This document shows, one piece after another, positions 28,886 through 36,970 of a DNA stretch of 64,000 nucleotides. The DNA comes from Ignavibacteria bacterium (GTDB lineage: Bacteria > Bacteroidota > Ignavibacteria > Kapaibacteriales > UBA4661). Where the stretch lies: assembly GCA_013298775.1 (NCBI GenBank), contig JAAFIV010000003.1, positions 141,460-205,459 of the forward strand, written 5' to 3'. The position numbers and the translations under genes were made by a program. Each line of letters begins with the position of its first letter. The stretch's first letter is position 1. The notes beneath the pieces were generated by a model. It saw nothing but the letters and a program-made list of their open reading frames with translations, had not been told where the DNA came from and searched no databases.

Positions 28886-29335
28886 CTATTTCTTCGCAAT
28901 CAGCACAACACCCGCCAAACACAAGAGAATACCGCACACCTTCGACCACGAAATATCCTCACGAAATAGAAACACACCGACGGGAACGAGAATCACCATC
29001 AAAAGGGAATTCGCCAAGAGCGCACCAATACTGATGTTCCAGCCAGCACGGTAGGCAAGCAAGAACCCAAGTTCCACGCCGACAATCGAAATTCCCAGCG
29101 CGTAACTCGACCAATTCAACTTCTGCACTTCCGCGCTGAGTACCTCGCCAATACTTGTTTGGAGATTGTTTTGTGGCAATGGCATTATCAGAAAAAGTGC
29201 AATACAAACAAGCAAGGCTGCGCAATAAGAAACTATCGTTGCCACAAGCGGGTGTGCGCCTTCTGGCACGGATTTCTGCGAAAGCTGATACACGACATTT
29301 GAGAGAACGATGAGAATAATGGAAAAGATTTTCAT
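28886..29335 (-). CDS. Small 4-TM membrane protein (EamA/DMT-like half transporter)
   Basis: 149 aa from MKIFSIILIV, with four hydrophobic helices. The longer annotated ORF has an implausible hydrophilic N-terminal extension. Confidence 0.45.
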   Translation of the reverse strand: MKIFSIILIVLSNVVYQLSQKSVPEGAHPLVATIVSYCAALLVCIALFLIMPLPQNNLQTSIGEVLSAEVQKLNWSSYALGISIVGVELGFLLAYRAGWNISIGALLANSLLMVILVPVGVFLFREDISWSKVCGILLCLAGVVLIAKK

Positions 29336-29457
29336 GCTGGCGGTATGGTTTGTGGATAGGATTTTCTTATTTTTCAATATCGTAAAATTCTTGGAGACCA
29401 ATCTCTTTGAATGCGCTCTGTCCAAGACTTTTCCTGGAAAATAATCACCCAAAAACG

Positions 29458-31260
29458 ATGGCAAAAAAACGTTCACCCGCTCCCGCAACGACATCGGCTG
29501 CGCCTCGCGCCCCATTCGCATCTCGCTTTCTTTCCCGCTTTTCATGGTATCTTGTCCTCATGCCGCTTCTCACGCTGCTTTGGGGTTGGATATATTTTGA
29601 AAACGGTGAAATTATTGCGCTGAATAAAGGTTGTGGTTGGGACGGCGTAACCTACAAAAACGTTGTCTGGAGCTTGCAATGGAACAAAGCCCGCCCCGAT
29701 TACGCCGAGCGAAGCCGCTTGCGCATTGACCCCTACCGCGTACAGCGCATTGCACCAAGCGTGGCGGTGTATGGCGAGATGCAAGCCGCACGGTGGCTGT
29801 ATCAGCACGTAACGCCGATGTTTACTCGTGTTCCGGCGTGGTTGGAATGGAGCTACGAACAATATCCGCTTCCGCCGTGGTTTTTTCGGTGGTTTGCTGA
29901 TAATTCTATCAATTCAAACCAAGCGGCAAATGCCCAAAGCGTCGCACTGACGCTGGATAGCCTTGTTGCGGGATATTTCGTTTTTCACAGTTTGCTCATG
30001 CTGCTCGGAACGGCAGTGCTGTGGGCAATGACGGCGCGAAAGCTCAATCTTGGTGTAGCGGCGCGGTGGCTGGGCTTTTGCGGGCTTTTTGCGAATGTCG
30101 CCGTGATGAAAATGAGTTTGTATTATCCCACACTCACCGACACGACCGCGCTGTTTGTGGCAATGCTGATGCTGTATGCGTACATTGCCAACAGCGCGTG
30201 GTTGCTGCTTCCGGCGGCAGTGCTGGGCTTTTTTACCTTCCCGACGGCGATGTATGTTGCGGCGTTGCTGTTTCTCTTTCCGCGCAATATCGTTTTGCAC
30301 AATGAAGTAGCACCAGGAGAAGTAGCACCAGGAGAAGTAGCACAACCTGAAACACCAGCAATGACGGTCTTTGTACGAAATGTAAGCATTGGTGCGGTGG
30401 TGGTGGTATTGCTGGCAAGCGTGTATTTTGTGCTGATTGCAGAAGTGCGTTTTGTGGAGGTTGAGCCGCTTCAGCCGTTGTTGCTCATTCTCACGCTGCC
30501 CTTGCTCTGCGGGCAAGTATTCTTCACGGTTTCAAGGCTTGCAGCACAGTTTCCCGTGCAAGCGATAATGCGCCATTTCACGGAGCGCAAACATCTTGCT
30601 GGATACGCCCTGCGAGCCTTGATTTTGCTTGTTCTTTGGGCGGGATTGCTGTATTGGAAAAAGCAAATTGAAGACCCCACGCTTGCCGCGCCGATGAATA
30701 CAAGCCTATTTTTTGGTGGAAGTTTTGCCAGTGCGCTTGGAAAGCCCTTGTTGCCTGTGCTGGCGGGCGCGGTGTATTTTGGTCCAATTATTTTGGTGAT
30801 GATTCTTCGCTTTCGAGAATTTCTCAAAGCCGCATGGAATCTGGGTTTGGGCTATATGCTTGTGATAACGGCATTGCTGCTCATGGGAGCAATTATGTCG
30901 GAAACGCGGCAGCTTATCAATTTCTTGCCGTTTTTGGTGTTGGGTGTGGCGTACAGCCTTGATTCTGTCAGGCTTCCACGCATCGCGCTGGTGCTGTTCG
31001 CGCTTGTCGGCGTGATGGCAGCGAAAGTCTGGCTCCCGTTCAATTTTACAGGAATGGCGGAGCAAGCGGCAAACATCACAGGCGGCATCCATGCAACGTT
31101 TCCCTTGCAATACTACTTTATGAATCACGGACCATGGATGAGTTGGGCGAGTTATTTCCTGCAAGGAGCGTGTGCGCTTGTGGTGGCGGGGTTGCTGTGG
31201 TGGGTGCTGTCGCCGCAGTTTGCGGCGGAGTATGGGGAAAAGCAATCACAACAAAAATAA
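29458..31260 (+). CDS. Large polytopic membrane protein of unknown function with an internal (EVAPG)x3 tandem repeat
   Basis: More than 12 hydrophobic segments and a 15-bp coding tandem repeat at 30304-30348. The start position is uncertain (29407 or 29458). Confidence 0.5.
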   Translation: MAKKRSPAPATTSAAPRAPFASRFLSRFSWYLVLMPLLTLLWGWIYFENGEIIALNKGCGWDGVTYKNVVWSLQWNKARPDYAERSRLRIDPYRVQRIAPSVAVYGEMQAARWLYQHVTPMFTRVPAWLEWSYEQYPLPPWFFRWFADNSINSNQAANAQSVALTLDSLVAGYFVFHSLLMLLGTAVLWAMTARKLNLGVAARWLGFCGLFANVAVMKMSLYYPTLTDTTALFVAMLMLYAYIANSAWLLLPAAVLGFFTFPTAMYVAALLFLFPRNIVLHNEVAPGEVAPGEVAQPETPAMTVFVRNVSIGAVVVVLLASVYFVLIAEVRFVEVEPLQPLLLILTLPLLCGQVFFTVSRLAAQFPVQAIMRHFTERKHLAGYALRALILLVLWAGLLYWKKQIEDPTLAAPMNTSLFFGGSFASALGKPLLPVLAGAVYFGPIILVMILRFREFLKAAWNLGLGYMLVITALLLMGAIMSETRQLINFLPFLVLGVAYSLDSVRLPRIALVLFALVGVMAAKVWLPFNFTGMAEQAANITGGIHATFPLQYYFMNHGPWMSWASYFLQGACALVVAGLLWWVLSPQFAAEYGEKQSQQK

Positions 31261-31271
31261 TTCTCATCCCC

Positions 31272-31334
31272 CTGAAAGAAATTCCTCGCTCATGTGTCAT
31301 TCCTGAAATCCCGTGTTTACTCAATTCTTTTTCG
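31272..31334 (+). promoter_or_regulatory. Conserved ~65-bp 5' leader shared with the third beta-barrel paralog (36047-36108)
   Basis: CTGAAAGAAATTCCTCGCTCATGTGTCATTCCTGAAATCCCGTGTTTACTCAATTC is near-identical at both loci, directly upstream of paralogous genes. Confidence 0.6.
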
Positions 31335-31341
31335 ATACAAT

Positions 31342-32004
31342 ATGCGTTTGTTTCTCTTGTTCTTCGCGATAGCAATCGTGCTACCAGCAAGTACCTACGC
31401 CGCTTTTGGCGAAGGCACCGACAGCACCAAAACTGATTCCAATCAAGTACGAATGTACCAATACATAGGCGCAAGTGCCATGCTCACAACGGGACATCGC
31501 ACACTCGGCATCCCGCCAGAGTTTGCTGCACAGTTCGGAGATGCGCCGCTTGTGAGTTTTGGCTTGCATGGCGTGTGGCTAGGAGATTTGCTCTTCAAAA
31601 CCAACAAACTCCGCACCTCTTACGGCATTGAGAAAATCCTGAACGCTTATCCTTCGCCGCGTATCTTGGAAAATATTCGTTTTGCTGTTCAGTTTGGCTA
31701 CTACGTTTTTGAGCAGGAAATGACGCAGAAAGGGCTGAAAGCCTATCCTTTTCTTGGTTTTTCCTCAAGCATTTACTACGTCGATAATGGTGTTCGCCTG
31801 AGTGTTGCTTCTGTGGAAGGCGGCGCAGGTGTGGACTGGTTTGTCCCCCAGACACCGCTTCTCGTCGGCATTCAAGCCTCGTACAATCATAGTTGGAATC
31901 TTCGCGCGGCGCAGAATGTGGCGAATAATGTGGGTGGCGTTTGTGTGAAAGCGCAGGTTTCTATTTTTATTCGGGAGAAGAAGAATCCTTTGGGATGGGA
32001 CTGA
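31342..32004 (+). CDS. Outer-membrane beta-barrel protein, paralog A of three
   Basis: Signal peptide ending ASTYAAFG, alternating beta-strand pattern and a C-terminal aromatic residue (GWD). About 60% identical to 35310-35990. Confidence 0.55.
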   Translation: MRLFLLFFAIAIVLPASTYAAFGEGTDSTKTDSNQVRMYQYIGASAMLTTGHRTLGIPPEFAAQFGDAPLVSFGLHGVWLGDLLFKTNKLRTSYGIEKILNAYPSPRILENIRFAVQFGYYVFEQEMTQKGLKAYPFLGFSSSIYYVDNGVRLSVASVEGGAGVDWFVPQTPLLVGIQASYNHSWNLRAAQNVANNVGGVCVKAQVSIFIREKKNPLGWD

Positions 32005-32291
32005 AAGAAAGGCATGATACGTCCTTTTGAATGTGCCTCAACACAAGATTTTATCAAGCCTACAAGCCTCTTTTTTGATTTCTGCACTTTTAAGTGCTTT
32101 TCCCTGCAAGCCTGATGACACCTTGCTTTGAAGTTATTTTATTTTCAGGGTCAGTGAATTGTTGAATGCAGCTACATTGTACAACTGCATATTGTTCATA
32201 GAGATAATTCCATCTTTTTGTTATCTTACGCTATGAATAAATGTGGGTAGTATTGGTGTTCGATGTTCAACATTTTCCCTGATTCTGCCGT

Positions 32292-32831
32292 ATGCTTACT
32301 GCTACTGCTTTGGCGGATATTGATTCCGCTCTGCGCCATGCCGAACAAATGCGTTTGTTCGCAGACTGGCTCTTGCAACAACATGAACCCGTTCTTCTTC
32401 AAGCGGTCTTTCAGCCCTCGCAGAACGCTGTTTCGCTGTGTGCTGAGAGCGGCGAGAGTATGTTGCTGCCCTACGACGACATTCTTTACTGCCTCGTCAG
32501 CGAGCATTTTAGCGAGTTGTACTACCACGTCCCACCTCTCGGCAAAACGGTACAGAAATCCCTCCACAACAAGCCCCTGAAAGACTGGGAAGCAATGCTG
32601 CCCAGCACCCTTTTTGTGAAGGTGAATAAATCCTGCCTCATCAACAGCAAGCACGTGCGCGTTGTTGAGCGTTGGGACACGGGCAAGGGCTTTCTGCTGA
32701 CCATGAGCGACGGCAAAGAAATAAAAGTCTCGCGCAACCACGTGGAGAAGCTCCGCGCCCTGTGTGCGGCACGTTTCCCTATCCTGCAGGTGTATGGTCG
32801 TGGGGGGGGGGCAGACGAAAGAGCCGCGTAA
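32292..32831 (+). CDS. Stand-alone LytTR-family DNA-binding regulator. No receiver domain; it ends in a G10 homopolymer tract.
   Basis: The C-terminal FVKVNKSCLINSKHVRVVERWDTGKGFLLTMSDGKEIKVSRNHVEKLRAL matches the LytTR domain consensus. The N-terminal ~80 aa lack receiver-domain Asp motifs. Confidence 0.7.
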   Translation: MLTATALADIDSALRHAEQMRLFADWLLQQHEPVLLQAVFQPSQNAVSLCAESGESMLLPYDDILYCLVSEHFSELYYHVPPLGKTVQKSLHNKPLKDWEAMLPSTLFVKVNKSCLINSKHVRVVERWDTGKGFLLTMSDGKEIKVSRNHVEKLRALCAARFPILQVYGRGGGADERAA

Positions 32832-32914
32832 AAATAAGCCCTAACAATTTGGGAATAAAGAAGTAAACGCTGGTTTGAAATTTCAAAATTCTTTGCAGAA
32901 AATCACTGTACGGA

Positions 32915-33022
32915 GGACACTTTCCGCGAATAATACCTGCGCGAAGTGTCCTCTTCTTGTGTAAAAAACGCGAAAGTGGACACTTGAGGAAGTAATGCGG
33001 ACACTTCAGGAAAAGGCACTTG
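32915..33022 (+). promoter_or_regulatory. Cluster of five GGACACTT repeats, including two 9-bp direct repeats with a 12-bp spacer. Candidate LytTR box.
   Basis: GGACACTTT (32915), rc GGACACTTC (32943), GGACACTTG (32978), GGACACTTC (32999), GGCACTTG (33015). The 32978/32999 pair has the 9+12+9 LytTR-type geometry. Confidence 0.5.
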
Positions 33023-33242
33023 TGAAGAAAAAAGGAATCGTGTAGATTCGCACTTGTTACGCTGAAATGATAAACATTCTCAGGAATAACAAAACAAACG
33101 GCTCACCGCTTTTCTTCCGCTTGACGGTGAACCGCTTGTGAGGAAAAACCTCGCTGCATCAAGGAAAAGTTTTCGCGGACTTTCTTGACATGATGCAAAA
33201 CTACACATTTTTTACGAGCGGAAAAATTTTCTGGAGTTTTGT

Positions 33243-33464
33243 ATGAAAACCCAAAAACAACGTTTGGCGGCAATGATGTTTGCTGTGTTAGTCTTTGGAG
33301 CTGGTATGACACCAGTCCTTGCTAATTCAGCCGCTTTGAAACTTATTGTATTTGTTGGCGGTATTGTCCTAAATGGACCTCCAGAGATTTACACACCGAT
33401 GATGGTAGGTGCGGTCGTTGCTGGATTTACCCCTTTATGGCCAGTTGCTGTCGGTCTTTTATAA
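33243..33464 (+). CDS. 73-aa hydrophobic peptide with 2-3 TM segments, first gene of the AT-rich island
   Basis: MKTQKQR then three hydrophobic stretches. It is preceded by an 18-codon uORF (33190-33246) whose stop overlaps its ATG (ATGA). Confidence 0.35.
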   Translation: MKTQKQRLAAMMFAVLVFGAGMTPVLANSAALKLIVFVGGIVLNGPPEIYTPMMVGAVVAGFTPLWPVAVGLL

Positions 33465-33599
33465 TCGCCGCAAACTTATTTCACTCTACGTTTGCTTGAA
33501 ATTTGGATTTGATTTTCAAGGAAAATCTATTCAAAATTTCAAGCAAACGGAGGGTAAATAATTTCTATACATCCATCTTTTGAATAGTGCCAATCCATC

Positions 33600-34403
33600 A
33601 TGATACGAACCTATAAAACTCATATCTTATTTCATGGAATAGCATTAGCAGTTTTTTTTGCTTGTTTTTCTGCATACGCTTTTACATCCTTGAAAGTTGG
33701 ATTTCCCTTTGCAAACAAACTTATAGGAATCTTTCAAGCCGTCTGCGCCATCAGCCTAATACTTATCTTTTCACATAAAACCTGTCAAAGTATTCTCAAC
33801 AATATGAAAGGCTTATATGATGGTGTAGCTCGTGGTGATAGCTTGCTTTCTAAAAATTTTGCAATCATTATTGTCATTGCCTGTATCGCAATCACAGTTA
33901 TTCATTTAACCTATATTTCATCTTACATCCAATTCACAAGCCACTTGGATAATCCCCATGTTGAAAAACTATTATACGCCTTTACAATCATTGGTTCATC
34001 GGTAGGAATTCTTATAAATTGGCTGCTATTATCGGCATTATCGTATTTATTGGCAACAGCTCTTGACATTCATCACAATTTTAATTTTTATGTCTCTGCC
34101 GTCGGTATAGGGCAGATAGGGATGTTTCTTGCGATATTTACTGCATTCCTGATGAGTTTACTTACATTAGACTCAATGATGTCAATCTCGCATTTTGCTG
34201 AAATGTCCATAAATTCTTATGAGCGAAATATGATTGGTAAATTCGGTGAATTTGTTATGCTATTTATCATTTGCTGCTTCTTAATGCTCAATGAAAAAAT
34301 ATCTTCAAAATATGCCGTAATTATAGCATTTGTGCCAACTCTACTTGTCGGTTTCATCAGTGAACTTGTAAAATTTTTGACCCAAAATTTATTCTTGCAA
34401 TGA
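33600..34403 (+). CDS. Polytopic membrane protein (Yip1-like?), AT-rich island
   Basis: 267 aa, 6-7 TM, ~35% GC against a ~50% background. It overlaps the next gene by 4 bp (ATGA). Confidence 0.5.
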   Translation: MIRTYKTHILFHGIALAVFFACFSAYAFTSLKVGFPFANKLIGIFQAVCAISLILIFSHKTCQSILNNMKGLYDGVARGDSLLSKNFAIIIVIACIAITVIHLTYISSYIQFTSHLDNPHVEKLLYAFTIIGSSVGILINWLLLSALSYLLATALDIHHNFNFYVSAVGIGQIGMFLAIFTAFLMSLLTLDSMMSISHFAEMSINSYERNMIGKFGEFVMLFIICCFLMLNEKISSKYAVIIAFVPTLLVGFISELVKFLTQNLFLQ

Positions 34404-34990
34404 AAATCTTTAGACGCTTTTTGCAGCTATCAGAACTACAACAAACATATATCCTTTTACTCTGTTTGTTAGGGGCATTATTGATAGGGTTGTTTTGTGG
34501 CATAAAATCTTCAGCAAGTGTAAGTAACACTTTAGTTTTACAGGCAAGTAGGGATGCTAATATTATTGAACAAGCTACTTTTGTAACATTTCAAAAAATA
34601 GCTGTAAACAACCTATTATGCGCTGGTCTGTTACTCACAAGTTTCTTTTCCTTTGGCTTAATACCAATTTTGATAATTGCTTACAACGGCATCATGATTG
34701 GCTATACCCTGAAACTTGGATGCAACCAAATTGGTGTTTTACCCACTTTAGCATTAGTCTTGCCGCATGGTGTTGTAGAAATGACAGCAATTTTATTTGC
34801 TGCATTTTTAGGAATGCGCATATCCATTGCTTTCATTGAGTTTTTGCAGTCCGATATGGAAAACAAACGATTTTTTTCAATGTTATTTAGTACCCAAAAT
34901 ATTCTTCTACTGGGATTGATACTCATTGCCGCCTTAATTGAATCTTTTATTACACCATACATTTACGACTATGTTCTGCATTCAATCTAA
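34400..34990 (+). CDS. DUF95/SpoIIM-like membrane protein, AT-rich island
   Basis: LPHGVVEMTAILFAAFLGM resembles the conserved HG..E..A motif of SpoIIM/DUF95. It has 5-6 TM segments. Confidence 0.5.
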   Translation: MKIFRRFLQLSELQQTYILLLCLLGALLIGLFCGIKSSASVSNTLVLQASRDANIIEQATFVTFQKIAVNNLLCAGLLLTSFFSFGLIPILIIAYNGIMIGYTLKLGCNQIGVLPTLALVLPHGVVEMTAILFAAFLGMRISIAFIEFLQSDMENKRFFSMLFSTQNILLLGLILIAALIESFITPYIYDYVLHSI

Positions 34991-35309
34991 GCAAAAAACA
35001 CAGAGTGAATACGTCCATTTTCCTCGTAGTATTGGCAATATTGAGCATTTTCAATAATCTCAGCCTTCACGCACAAAAACTAAAACCTTCCTCACGATGC
35101 GACTTCTCGCTGGCAAGCCTCTCACTACCTGGGTATCGTATTATCAATACAAGTAGGCTACGCATTCATGGGGTCTCCGCGCTCCAAAAGATGTCCCAGA
35201 CAATCAGTCATAAATTACTAGATTTAACCTATCGTTCTGGCTCCGCAACCAATCTTCCCAACGGGAACTTTAGCCTTCTTCTTTTTCCGTACTCTATTTT
35301 CATATCGTT

Positions 35310-35990
35310 ATGTCTTACCATTTCTCCCTCCGTTGTTTGGTTTTCCTATCCATTGTATTTCTTACTACACCGAGTATATACGCTGCTTTGGGCGAAGGCA
35401 CAGATAGCACCAAAACTGACTCTACACAACTGCGAATGTATCAATACTTGGGCGCAAGCTCTATGCTCACAAGCGGACACCGCACACTTGGCATCCCTCC
35501 GGAATTTGCTACGCAGTTCGGTGATGCACCGCTTGTGAGTGTTGGTTTTTATGGCGTGTGGGTAGGAGATTTACTCTTTAAAACTAGTAAACTCCGCACG
35601 GCTGCTAGCTTTGAGAAGATACTTAATGCTTATCCGTCATCGCGCATATTTGAAAACTGGCGTTTTATGGCACAGTTTGGCTACTATGTCGCTGAACAAG
35701 AGAGTAATAAACCTAAAGGACTGAAAGCCTATCCTTTCCTTGGGTATAGCTGGAATTTATACTACATAGACAATAGTGTTCGTATGAGCATTCTTTCTGT
35801 GGACGGCGGGGCGGGCGCTGACTGGTTTATCCCCCAAACCCCAGTGCTGGTCGGCGTTCAAGCCTCCTACAATCACAGTTGGAATCTTAGTGCTGCAAAG
35901 GAAGTAGTAAATAATGTAAGTGGTTTGTCTATTAAAGCACACATCGCAATTTTTATTTTTGAGAAAAAAAATCCTTTCGGCTGGAACTAA
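35310..35990 (+). CDS. Outer-membrane beta-barrel protein, paralog B
   Basis: Collinear with paralog A (GEGTDSTKTDS...RMYQY...HRTLGIPPEF...NHSWNL...GWN). Confidence 0.55.
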   Translation: MSYHFSLRCLVFLSIVFLTTPSIYAALGEGTDSTKTDSTQLRMYQYLGASSMLTSGHRTLGIPPEFATQFGDAPLVSVGFYGVWVGDLLFKTSKLRTAASFEKILNAYPSSRIFENWRFMAQFGYYVAEQESNKPKGLKAYPFLGYSWNLYYIDNSVRMSILSVDGGAGADWFIPQTPVLVGVQASYNHSWNLSAAKEVVNNVSGLSIKAHIAIFIFEKKNPFGWN

Positions 35991-36046
35991 GGAAAGACAA
36001 ACATCAAACGGCTCGTTTTGAAAAAATGACATCTACCTGAAAGAAA

Positions 36047-36108
36047 TTCCTCGCTCATGTGTCATTCCAGAAATCCCGTTTTTACTCAATTCCTTTTGAA
36101 AAAATATG
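36047..36108 (+). promoter_or_regulatory. Second copy of the conserved 5' leader (see 31272-31334)
   Basis: Near-identical to the leader of paralog A. Confidence 0.6.
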
Positions 36109-36816
36109 CGCTTGCTTCTTTATTTCTGGATAATAGCAATCGTGCTACCATCAAACATTTACGCGCTCGGCATGGAGAGCGATAGCACACAAACTCGCAT
36201 GGGTAGCGTGTACGCGGGTATTACCCCAGCAAATACGGCAACCGCCGACAGCCTCCGTGCAGATTCAGCAAAGGTGCGGATGCGGCAATACGTTGGAGCC
36301 GCCTCGACGCTTACTACCAATCACCGCTCGCTTGGTCTTCCAGCAGAATACGCTGCACAGTACGGAAATATGCCGCTTTCCAGCGTTGGCATCAATTTTA
36401 TTGCTATCGGCAATTTCCTTTTCCAAACCAATCGTTTGCGTTCTTCCGTCACATTTGAACGCTTTGTGAATGTCTATCCCTCGAACAAAATACTGGAAAA
36501 TTTTCGAGAATGTCTTCAAATCGGCTACTACGTCTATGAGCGAGATGCTATCAAGCTGTATCCATTCATTGGCGGCACGGTGGGATTGTACTACATAGAT
36601 AATGGCATTCGATTGGGTGTGTTTGCAGCAGAAGCAGGTGCGGGGCTTGATTACTTCATTCCCAAGACCTCGCTGCTTGCTGGACTACAAGTTTCCTACA
36701 ATCATACGTGGAATATTCGGTCTGCGGCGGATGCTGTCGGTAATATCGGCGGTGTGGCAGTGCGGGCGCACGTTTCCATCCTCTTTAGCGAGCGCACCAC
36801 GTGGTGGGGCTGGTAA
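36106..36816 (+). CDS. Outer-membrane beta-barrel protein, paralog C (more divergent)
   Basis: Same domain order with a longer N-terminal Thr/Ala-rich segment. It ends WWGW. Confidence 0.55.
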   Translation: MRLLLYFWIIAIVLPSNIYALGMESDSTQTRMGSVYAGITPANTATADSLRADSAKVRMRQYVGAASTLTTNHRSLGLPAEYAAQYGNMPLSSVGINFIAIGNFLFQTNRLRSSVTFERFVNVYPSNKILENFRECLQIGYYVYERDAIKLYPFIGGTVGLYYIDNGIRLGVFAAEAGAGLDYFIPKTSLLAGLQVSYNHTWNIRSAADAVGNIGGVAVRAHVSILFSERTTWWGW

Positions 36817-36828
36817 AATCTTACTCCT

Positions 36829-36935
36829 CCCGCCCAAGCGGCTGTTATCACAAGCACAGTAGCCGTCCGGCGGGTGCTGTGCAAGCGACCACCCGCCGGA
36901 CGGCAGCGTTCATGCACTCCTCAGCCGCCCGACGG
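36829..36935. repeat. Family-1 element, orientation A
   Basis: CCCGCCCAAGCGGCTGTTATCACAAGCACAGTAGCCGTCCGGCGGGTG-CTGTGCAAGCGACCA-CCCGCCGGACGGCAGCGTTCATGCACTCCTCAGCCGCCCGACGGG. Confidence 0.85.
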
Positions 36936-36970
36936 GAAGAACTGAACATTCAACAATCATTCAAACACCT

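Noticed and set aside
35005-35538. 177-aa ORF overlapping the start of beta-barrel paralog B
   Set aside because: It overlaps a gene with clear paralog support. The composition is Leu/Ser-rich without domain features, so it is likely spurious.
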